Positions 1 to 7,927 of a stretch of DNA of 21,033 nucleotides are shown here, one piece after another. Numbering within the stretch: the stretch's first letter is position 1; each line of letters starts with the position of its first letter. Location of the stretch: contig JAZDCZ010000134.1 in NCBI GenBank assembly GCA_036679605.1, positions 1 through 21,033 of the forward strand, given 5' to 3'. Source of the DNA: Gemmatimonadota bacterium (GTDB lineage: Bacteria > Gemmatimonadota > Gemmatimonadetes > Gemmatimonadales > GWC2-71-9). The notes under the pieces are model-generated. The model had not been told where the DNA came from. It saw only the letters and a list, made by a program, of their open reading frames with translations, and made no database searches. The position numbers were made by a program, and so were the translations under genes.

Positions 1-96
1 GAACCTCGCCGCGTCAAACGAAGACCCAAATCCTACAGCCTGCTCACAAAACCCAGGCACTGGTACCACCGGAACGGAGACACCACATGCCGTTAG
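1..96 (+). CDS. IS4-family transposase, C-terminal fragment
   Basis: Manual translation EPRRVKRRPKSYSLLTKPRHWYHRNGDTTCR*. EPRxVKRRPKxYxLLTKPR is the typical IS4-family transposase tail. Not in the ORF track. Confidence 0.85.
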   Translation, partial: EPRRVKRRPKSYSLLTKPRHWYHRNGDTTCR

Positions 97-109
97 CTTC
101 ATGCCATTC
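1..109 (+). mobile_element. Right end of an IS4-family insertion sequence, partial at the window edge
   Basis: Transposase C-terminus at 1-96 followed by TTAGCTTCATGCCATTC (93-109). Its reverse complement GAATGGCATGAAGCTAA resembles IS4-type terminal repeats. The boundary coincides with loss of similarity in the opposite-strand DUF3365 gene. Confidence 0.8.
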
Positions 110-681
110 GGGTCTGGCGCGCCTTTCGGGTCGCCGTGGCAGAACAAGCACACGCCTTTCGCTACGATCGGCTCGGCATAGTAAAACGCATCGCCCCTCG
201 CCCGTTCCGCGGTCGTCGCGCCTCCGCGGAGTTCTGCCAACAGTTCGGCAGTGACTCGGTCGCCCCGATTGTGGGGGTTCCGTGGGTTGTCCACGATCAT
301 CTTTACCCACGCCCGTCCGTTCGTGGCATCGGGTACCGTGTTCGCGAAGACCCGGTCGGCCACCGCAGCCGGCAAGATCGTATTCTTGACCATGAGTCGC
401 TGGTAAAGCTTGTCCACAACAGGAATCGACGACTGTCTGCGCGTGAAATGGCCGCCGATCTCACGCCTCGTCTCAAGCACGAGCTTGACGAGCAGATACG
501 CCAACTGCTCGTCACCCGTCCTATCGGTTGAAGCGACAACACGGGATTCCGGTTGCGCCCGGGCTTCTTCGTCGACAACCGGGCTCGCAAAGACCAAGCC
601 GAGATTGACCGCCAGAGAAAAGATGACGATGATCCCGGCGAAAATGGCGGCGACGAGTCTCAGCGTGTTTCGCGTCTTCAC
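110..681 (-). pseudogene. DUF3365/Tll0287-like monoheme c-type protein, 3' end interrupted by IS4
   Basis: GTG at 681 with an upstream GAGGAG RBS. Translation is MKTRNTLRLVAAIFAGIIVIFSLAVNLGLVFAS (signal/TM)...WVKMIVDNPRNPHNRGD...FYYAEPIVAKGVCLFCHGDPKGAPDP, then it reads into the IS end. The PRNPxN, Y-x-x-P-I and CxxCHG motifs fit the family. It is absent from the ORF track because there is no stop in the window. Confidence 0.8.
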
Positions 682-695
682 GGTGTAGCTCCTCG

Positions 696-1205
696 CTAGC
701 CGTTGCCAACATCCAAGCTGGACAGGTACGCTTGCAGGTCGACAATGTCCTGATTGGTGAGGTTGAACTTCCCCCCCGGATGCTCTACGTCCCCGCGTAA
801 CCGATCGTCCAGCGTCTCGGTCGCGACGCCGACGAGAGAGGGGGCACTGAGCGCGCAACCGCCGACGGCATCCGCGCAATGGCATGGTGTGCAGCCATTC
901 GATGCGTAGTTCCCTTCACCGGCAGCAGGATCGCCGATCAATTCTTCGACCGGGGGACCGTCCGGAGTGGGCACGTCGCCATCGCCACCAAGTTCATCCC
1001 CCGGAGCTGACGTGCCTCCCTGATCAAAGGAGTCCGCCAGCGTGTTTGCGAGGTCGGTGAGGAGAATATCGAGGAAGGTTTGGCCGGTGGCGCTGGCAGT
1101 TTGAAACAAGACTTCGTCGAAGTTCGTACCGCACCCTGACACAGCCATAAGGCAGACAACGACGAGCGACGAACCCGGCCAACGTATCGGTGTGCCCGTG
1201 TACAT
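696..1205 (-). CDS. Monoheme class I-like cytochrome c lipoprotein
   Basis: Lipobox AVSGC, acidic linker, GDPAAGEGNY...CTPCH heme motif, APSL, and C-terminal helix LTNQDIVDLQAYL. RBS-like AAGGGG upstream. Confidence 0.85.
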   Translation of the reverse strand: MYTGTPIRWPGSSLVVVCLMAVSGCGTNFDEVLFQTASATGQTFLDILLTDLANTLADSFDQGGTSAPGDELGGDGDVPTPDGPPVEELIGDPAAGEGNYASNGCTPCHCADAVGGCALSAPSLVGVATETLDDRLRGDVEHPGGKFNLTNQDIVDLQAYLSSLDVGNG

Positions 1206-1276
1206 GTCATCCCCTTGCCAAGATGTCCGGCCGCAATCGCGGCTGCACCGGCCCGAATCCCCCGAGCGGGGTCGAC

Positions 1277-1954
1277 CTACTCTTCGCGCTGCGTCAGCGG
1301 GTAATGCTCGTGAGTCCCTTCGTCCTTTCGCTTCTCGAAATCGAACAGGTCGCCGGGGTTGACGCTCGGACTCTCTTCGTTATGGCAGGCTATGCAGACG
1401 GATTCATCAACTTTGCGTAGTCCGACGGCGTACAATTCGTCAACTTTGTATTTGCGCTTTGATTTCAGGATCTCGTCGAAAACCTTGATGTACTCGCTAC
1501 CAGGACCATGACAGCACTCGCAGCCGACACTTTGCAGCTTCTTTGCCTTTCGGACGGCCTTCTTGTCTTCGGGATCCGGAACCGCGTAGCCGCCCGGCTT
1601 ACCGTAGCCGACCGTATGGCATTTCAGGCACTTTTCGTCCGTCGTGTAATCCTTCCCAACATCGAGGTCGAACTTCTCCTTCGCCTCCTTGTTATTGCCG
1701 GGCCTGAGGATCTCGAACGCTTTGCCCATCCTCGTCTTCTCCCAGCTCTTGTATTGCTTGATGTGGCATTTCTTGCACTTCTTGCTTCCAACGTACGAGT
1801 AGGACGGCTCGTCATCTCCGAAAGCCGGGAGCGTGACGATCGCCGCCGCCGGCGCAATCGCATCGTTTGCGAATGCCGGTGACGCCTGCCGCCACAATCC
1901 CAAGCCGGCGCCAACAGCCGTCGCGGCCAACAAGGTTGCCCATCGAAACTTCAT
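1277..1954 (-). CDS. Tetraheme cytochrome c554-family protein
   Basis: Four CxxCH motifs (CKKCH, CLKCH, CECCH, CIACH). YVGSKKC, EAKEKFDLDVGKDYTTDEKC, GYGKPGGY, VGCxxCHGPG and terminal HEHYPL match the c554 layout. Start moved to MKFRWATLL (1954) because of the GGAGGT RBS and signal peptide. Confidence 0.88.
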   Translation of the reverse strand: MKFRWATLLAATAVGAGLGLWRQASPAFANDAIAPAAAIVTLPAFGDDEPSYSYVGSKKCKKCHIKQYKSWEKTRMGKAFEILRPGNNKEAKEKFDLDVGKDYTTDEKCLKCHTVGYGKPGGYAVPDPEDKKAVRKAKKLQSVGCECCHGPGSEYIKVFDEILKSKRKYKVDELYAVGLRKVDESVCIACHNEESPSVNPGDLFDFEKRKDEGTHEHYPLTQREE

Positions 1955-2101
1955 GACCCTACACCTCCACAGAGACAGCAAGTAAACCGGAACATGGAAA
2001 GAGCCGACCACGCCACGTTCGCACGCATGCACTACAGCCGCGGCACGTCCCGTGCCAGACGGGTTTGAACACGAGCGGTTACACTTCGAGGCGCACGTCG
2101 C

Positions 2102-2617
2102 TCAAAACTGATGAAGGAAGACGAAGTCATTGTCGCGAGCGCCGCTGTGGCAGCTTGTGCAGCATGCGACATTCCCTTCGGCATTCACGACGCCTTCGGG
2201 CGTGATCTTCGCCCAGAACCAATCGTTGCTCTCCGAATCGAAGCCTGACACCTTCCACATGATGGTCAAAGTGTCGGTTTCTTGTCAACGTACTTTCCCA
2301 AAAGCGCTCCTTCACGACAATCGATCCGTCCGGAAGACGACCCGAGAAGCGCTCCAATGCCGCCTCCACCGAAGTGTTGATGAAGACCTGTGCGAGCGGT
2401 CCGTGGGCCATGCACTTTCGAGGATTCCCTCCACTCCAGGAAACTGCGCCCAGGCTTGGTACGGATCGGTGTCCGTAATGAACGTGAAGAGCTTCGAGGC
2501 GGTGGGCGAATCGGTTGCCATCAACATGTCGCTGGGAGATGTCCCGGAACATCCGACAAACGCAATCAGCGGAGCTGCGACGAGCATCCGGGTACAGACG
2601 AATCGAGCCGCTTCCAT
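2102..2617 (-). pseudogene. Cytochrome P460-family lipoprotein split by two frameshifts
   Basis: Joined reading: MEAARF...IAFVGC (lipobox)...YQAWAQFPGVEGILESAW / HGPLAQVFIN...LPDGSIVVKE / TLTIMWKVSGFDSESNDWFWAKITPEG...ACCTSCHSGARDNDFVFLHQF*. Frame changes near 2405-2410 and 2270-2287. The first and last segments share a frame. Confidence 0.82.
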
Positions 2618-2787
2618 TCTCGATTCTCCCGCTTCGTGACGGCGAACAGATGGTCGATCACCCTATACCCCTTGCTCGACCCAGTCAACGCCATCGATCG
2701 GCGCCGGGTCTTTGCAGCGGCGTTGTTCCCGAGAACGTAAGTCTTCAGCCGAGTGCAGGGGTTGAGCACTCCAAATAAAGTCAGAGT

Positions 2788-4965
2788 TTACTTGCGCCCT
2801 GGGCTGCGCGCTGCTATTGGGGGAGCATGCGGCCGGGGAAGGCTCACTCGATCGCCGCCCAAATGCTGATCGCGACGGTGGCCGGAAAGCCGTCGGCGGA
2901 CACGCACTCCCACCATGGCAACCAGCCCGACCAGAGCAAGCTGTACTGCCCCTGCGCCGCACAGTGCCGGCAAGAATGCGGGCCGGGGGATTGACTGGTT
3001 CCCCGTCTCTTCTGCGTGACCGGCTCCAACTCCCACGGCGAAGGTCCCTGCGCGGTCGCGCACCGCCCAGAACTCGACGCCCCCGTCGCCGTTGAAGAAG
3101 TATCCCGAATCGCCGACGATTCCGGTTGGCGCGGATTCGCCGACGCAGGTGCCGGCTGGTACCCAGACACCCGGTGGTGATCCTGGGGCCGAATCGAGCA
3201 CGTGGAGTTCCAGGGTCTTCGGGACCGCACCGAGTTCGGCCATTTCGCCCGCGCTGAAGATCATGGTGACAACGAGCTTGAAGCTGCCCGCCGGTGCCAA
3301 CGCGCGGACGGTGAGCGTGCGATCCGACGCCAAACCGCTGGCGGGGTCGGTCGGCATGCCGGTCCCGGGCTCGGGGGCGACGGCCGAGTCGCGAGCGGGT
3401 TCGATGACCTCGAATTCGAACGTCTCGCCGGGATTCGCATCGACCACCAGGATCTGGGCCACGGGCTCGCCCTCATCATCAGTAATCTCCGCCTCGAATG
3501 TCCCGCTCGCGTCCACGAACCCGGACCCGTGGCCCAAGGTGGACATGCGCCTCGCGCCGCCGCAACCGCACGATGCAGGCGCGAGGTTGACCGCGCGGGT
3601 CTGGCTGGAGGGATTCGTGCCCCAGCCGGCGACATCCCCGTTCGGGCTGATGGCCGTTGCCCGAACCAGCTCCCAGCCAGAGTTGATCTCGATGCTGTCG
3701 TTCAGGTCGGACAGTGTCCCGTCCTCCCAGACGAAGGCGTGGAAATCGCCGCCTGTCATGTTGGAGGTGCCAACCACGCTTCCGCTATCGTCGATGTCGA
3801 ACGCCCAACTGATGTCACCACCGGAAAGGGTCCCGAGATCGTTCATGCCGGCGAGCAGGCCGTAGGCTGCCGAAGGCAACCAGAGGAAGGCATGCCTCTC
3901 GCCGCCGGCGGTGTACGACATCCCGACCACCTGTCCCGATCCGTTGATCGCCTCGGCACGATGACTGACTCTCCTGCTATCACCCCCGAGCGTGCCGAGG
4001 TCATTCATGCCGGCGGAGAGGCCATACGCGGCCGAAGGCAGCCAGAGGAACGGGCGCATGTCGCCGCTGCTGTTCTGCGCGCCGCCGACCACCTGGCCCG
4101 AGTCGTTGATGTCCATCGCCACGCTGGAACCGCCTCCGAGCGTGCCGAGACTGTTCATTCCCGCCGACAGGCCATAAGCGTCCGACGGGAGATAGAGGAA
4201 GGCCAGGCGACCCGTGGCCGGCGGCCCCAGGTTCAGTGACGTACCGACCACTTCGTCGTCGCCGTTGACGCCGTACGCCTCGCTGTCCGTCCGTCCGGCG
4301 AGCACGCCGAGGTCCTGCATTCCGCCGACGCTGTCCCAGCTGAAGGCATGCGTATCGCCGTCCGCCGTATCAGCCCTCCCGACGACCGTGCCGGAGGCGT
4401 TGATGTCCAGAGCCGCGCTCGTGGCGCCGCCGAGGGTGCCGAGACTCGTAAACGAATCATTCTCCCAGAACCACGCGCTTTCGCTGCCGTCGGATGCGTC
4501 TTCGTCGTACCCGGCAGCCTGGTCACTTGCATTCATGCCGTGCGTCAGGCTCGGTTCGCCTGTAAGCGTACCCAAGCTTGTGCGGGTGTAGTTTGCCTGT
4601 GCAGCAAGATCCTCAATCGCCGCGTCGCCAAGGACTCCTCTGTTCAACGCGATTTCGTCGATGACACCCGCGAAGTAGCGGGATCCGGACAATTCACTGC
4701 TGGCGGCGTCCTTCCCGCCGATGTTGATGTCGCCGTCGAAGCTCATGTTCGCCGTCGTCGCGGAGCCTGCATCTCCACCTGTGTTGTCCGTGCCGTTGAT
4801 GAAGATTTGACTGCTCGCGTTGTCGCTCGCGCGCAGGACCACGGTGAAGTGATACCATTGGCCGGCAGTCCAGCTCGTCCGGTTCGTCCATTTGTATCTG
4901 GAGTTGTTGCTTACTTCAATCTTGAAGACCAGGGAACTGTGCTGCTTCTCCTGGAATTGGAGAAT
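2788..4965 (-). pseudogene. 5'-truncated secreted protein: partial LamG-like domain, HAF-repeat propeller, C-terminal domain and CGxG-TM-basic tail
   Basis: GQWYHFTVV...IFING...INIGG...FAGVIDEIAL is the second half of a LamG domain, followed by repeated LGTLGG..S.A.DIN.SG.VVG...HAF. There is no credible start or signal peptide. The ORF extension to 5199 overlaps the upstream gene and looks non-coding. Confidence 0.72.
3830..4205 (-). repeat. Three tandem intragenic HAF-type repeats with an LPSxAYGLxAG insert
   Basis: AFLYLPSDAYGLSAGMNSLGTL, PFLWLPSAAYGLSAGMNDLGTL and AFLWLPSAAYGLLAGMNDLGTL. Similarity is also visible in the DNA near 3841, 4004 and 4153. Confidence 0.85.
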
Positions 4966-5102
4966 CGGGCTGTTTGAGTTACACCTGTTGGGTCTGGAAA
5001 GAGGAGGTGTGGCGCATGCGGCGGTACCCGTGGGACTGTCAACTTCGAGCGAGACACCGTAACTCCGACACGTGGTCGAAGTGCTTCGACATGCGGATCG
5101 CC

Positions 5103-6989
5103 TTACTCTCCGAACAATCGTTGGATCGCAGCGAAGTCTGCCAAGTCGATGTCCTCTTCGGCATCGAAGTCGAACGCGTTCAGGCACGCACCCACGCACG
5201 CGGGATTGAGAGGCGTGGGCGGCGTATTCGGGCCGGCGAGGCAGACGAGGAGTGCCGCGAAATCGTCGCCATCAACGTCGCTGTCGGCATCAAAGTCGCC
5301 GTCGGCGATGGTCTCGCTTTCGTCCGGGATGCCGTTCTCGTTGCAATCGTAGCTGAGAATCTCGGTCATCGTTTCGCCGCCCGCAAACTCGGTCTGAAAC
5401 CCGAGCAAGGTGGCGATGGTGGGGGCGACATCCGGGATCGACCGCTGCACGTTCGAGACGTAGCCGGCCTTGATGCCGGGTCCGAGAGCCAGGAACTGGA
5501 TCGTCCGGCAGCCTTCGCATTGGTCGCCGTGTCCGGAGAAGTTGGTCGTGTGCCGCCCGTGGTCGTTGGTGATCAGGACGGTCGTCGAACCGCTGTACTC
5601 AGGATCCAACTGGAGCCAGCTCCAGAGTTCACCGACGATACGGTCTGCGTTTTCGACGGCGTTGATGTAGTTAGTCCAGTTGCCGGAATGTCCGCCATGG
5701 TCCACGTCTGCTAGGTAGAGCGTCAGAAAGGTGGGCCGCTGTGTTCCCAGAATACTCTGTGCAGCCGCCCAGGCGGCATCGTCATCGCCGCTGGTGGCCA
5801 CCGACTCCGGCCAATAGTTGGGACCGTAGGTGGGCAGGAAACTCGGGCGCCAGGGGCAGTACGGGCCGAGAATGTACACGCAATCCTCCGCCGGGCGCGC
5901 GAGTTGTCGGCGGAAGTACTCGTGCACCCACGGGACCGGCGTGTACTGATTATCTTCCTGGCATTCGGTGTCGAAGAAATCGCGCGGCGGGTCCCACGAT
6001 CCGCTCATGATCGCGGGAATGCCGCGGCGGGTCACGGTACAACAATCGTTGAGAAACGGCTCGATGATGGTCCCTTGCGCCGCCAGCGCGTCCATGTTGG
6101 GCACATGCTGGCGCGTGGGATCCCCCAGGCCCTCCGAGTAACGCAGGCCGTCAACGACGACCAGCACTACTTTCTCCGTGAGGGGAATGGGCGGCGTTCC
6201 CAGCGGAATGGCGGTACATGACCGGGGACAGGACGGGGCGCTGCCGGAGAGGACACCCTCCACGGCAAGCACGAACTCTTCGCCAGGCGGCTGAGATGTA
6301 GCGGTGAAGGATGTGGCCGACCCCGGTAGCGACGCGACGAGTCCATCGTTCAGGAACACATTGAGGGCGTCGTAGGCCGTCGGATTCGTCCAGGTCAGCA
6401 CCGCGCCGTCGCTGGTCGTGGCGCAGTCGAGGATCTCAACGGGTGGCGGCGGTGCAGCGGGCGGCGTCTCGAAGAAACGCAGGCACCACCGTTCGAGCAC
6501 GCCGTCGGCATTCGACGCGTAGTTGTCGGCGATCTGCAACGACCAGGTGCCGGCGCTACTTTCGCCGGCGTAATCCGCAAGTGTGCCGGCGCCGCCATTG
6601 CCGGACACCTGCATATAACAGCCGAAGTTGTACGGCTCCGAGCCATTCAGGACGCCGCCGTCGCTGTACACGACCTTCAGATCATCGGCGTTCCCACCGG
6701 CGCCGTCGTGGAGGCGCACAACGGTGCCGACAGGCGAGACCAGATCAAGCTCGATGTTGCCCACCCAGGTATGCGAGATCTCCATTTCAACGTGGAGTTC
6801 ACCAATGGTGCTGGCCTCGGCGACCACCATCTCATCTGTAACAGAGACCGGCGCGCCCTCGGCTCCGCCGAACGCGAGCGTGGGGGTGCGGCACACCCGC
6901 ACGTCTGGCTGCGCAAGAACGGTGGCGGCGTAGACCAGGACAGATATTCCGATTGCCGCCGCGACGAGGTGTGGACGCGCGTTGTACAT
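5103..6989 (-). CDS. Secreted alkaline-phosphatase/phosphodiesterase-superfamily protein with proprotein-convertase P-domain, FN3-like domain and dockerin-like tail
   Basis: Signal peptide from MYNARPH (GGGAGG RBS). P-domain: ISHTWVGNIELDLVSPVGTVVRL...GTWSLQIAD. Catalytic motifs: VVVDGLRY, TVT, DVDHGGH, TNDHGRH. C-terminus: DCNENGIPD and two DFDxxxDxDxxDF loops. Confidence 0.85.
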   Translation of the reverse strand: MYNARPHLVAAAIGISVLVYAATVLAQPDVRVCRTPTLAFGGAEGAPVSVTDEMVVAEASTIGELHVEMEISHTWVGNIELDLVSPVGTVVRLHDGAGGNADDLKVVYSDGGVLNGSEPYNFGCYMQVSGNGGAGTLADYAGESSAGTWSLQIADNYASNADGVLERWCLRFFETPPAAPPPPVEILDCATTSDGAVLTWTNPTAYDALNVFLNDGLVASLPGSATSFTATSQPPGEEFVLAVEGVLSGSAPSCPRSCTAIPLGTPPIPLTEKVVLVVVDGLRYSEGLGDPTRQHVPNMDALAAQGTIIEPFLNDCCTVTRRGIPAIMSGSWDPPRDFFDTECQEDNQYTPVPWVHEYFRRQLARPAEDCVYILGPYCPWRPSFLPTYGPNYWPESVATSGDDDAAWAAAQSILGTQRPTFLTLYLADVDHGGHSGNWTNYINAVENADRIVGELWSWLQLDPEYSGSTTVLITNDHGRHTTNFSGHGDQCEGCRTIQFLALGPGIKAGYVSNVQRSIPDVAPTIATLLGFQTEFAGGETMTEILSYDCNENGIPDESETIADGDFDADSDVDGDDFAALLVCLAGPNTPPTPLNPACVGACLNAFDFDAEEDIDLADFAAIQRLFGE

Positions 6990-7171
6990 GCGAGCATCCC
7001 TCCCGGGAACGTCGGCAGATTGACGAAAACCCCTGAACCGACATGTAGCCGCTGCCCGGCGCCATCGCCGAGCGGCTTCGCTTTCATCATACCCATTTCC
7101 AACAGCCGCATGCAAGATCGACGCGTGTGATCCGGGTGCTGGCATCGAACAACGCCCGTCACCACACGTAT

Positions 7172-7504
7172 TCAGCCAATTGCGACCTGCCGCCAGATGC
7201 TTTGGTTTTGACTGTGGCGTGGTGTTGTGTCGCTCCGGTCACTTCGGTTCGACAGTGTGCTCGCAAACGAGCATTTCATGTGATCGGTGATAGTCACCAG
7301 ATCGAAATGCGGCTTGAGGTGCTCAATGAAGTCCTGCTCGCCGCCGGGCTTCAGGAACTTCTCTCGGTCGTTGAGCGTCTTGTCGCCGTTCGTCCCCCAA
7401 TCGCGGCTCTCTGGGGAGTGAACGTGCAGCCCCACGCGCAGAAACTTGGCCGTCCGCCACCGTAGATCATCGAGCGCTTTGAAGAGTTCATCGTGCTGCG
7501 ACAT
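7172..7504 (-). pseudogene. N-terminal fragment of a PHP-domain protein (TrlF/Ppl-like PHP-ATPase type)
   Basis: MSQHDELFKAL...FLRVGLHVHSPESRDW...FDLVTITDHM has PHP motifs LHxHS and ITDH. The sequence then becomes unrelated and stops after about 110 aa. Confidence 0.65.
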
Positions 7505-7927
7505 AGACGCTTCGCTCCGCCAACTCTCCTGCCGCCCAAACAGCCCCGCTTCCACCCCCGCGAGCGGCTGATCGATCAAGCTGCGCCAGTTGGCCGTCAG
7601 TTTGCCGAGGGCGGCTTGCTCGGATTGTGTAGTGCCGACTAGGACTGCGCCTTCCTCCTTACCGGTCACAAGGCCAGGACAACGAACAGCAAAAAGGTGG
7701 CAGCGAGAAGGGCCAACAGAACTGACGGCTTGGTGCGCTGGTCCATCGATCTTTGCGTGACGGAGTGACAGCCCTCGTGGCGCATCCGACTTCTTCCCAG
7801 GTGATCCTGCACACAAGCCAAGGTGGCTGAGCCCGAAGGTCTCGATGGCAAGAGGGACGAGCGGCGTGCCCTGCTGTAGCAACACAGCCCGCCCACACAA
7901 TTGCGATTTCACCTACCAACCCCTTTA

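Noticed and set aside
2042..2056. Hairpin GGCACG-TCC-CGTGCC between the P460 and c554 genes
   Set aside because: Only a 6-bp stem with no U-tract and not repeated elsewhere, so it is too weak to call a terminator or REP.
1277..2617. Evidence that the organism is an ammonia oxidiser or anammox bacterium
   Set aside because: No hao, amo, hzs or cycB in the window, and c554 and P460 families occur in many non-nitrifiers.
3830..4205. CRISPR-like or DGR-like DNA repeats
   Set aside because: The repeats are in-frame protein repeats that differ mainly at synonymous positions. No cas or reverse transcriptase gene is present.
3092..5714. Long plus-strand ORFs (3092-3865, 3202-4239, 4348-4977, 4974-5714)
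   Set aside because: These are antisense shadows of well-supported minus-strand genes in GC-rich DNA and have no recognisable motifs.
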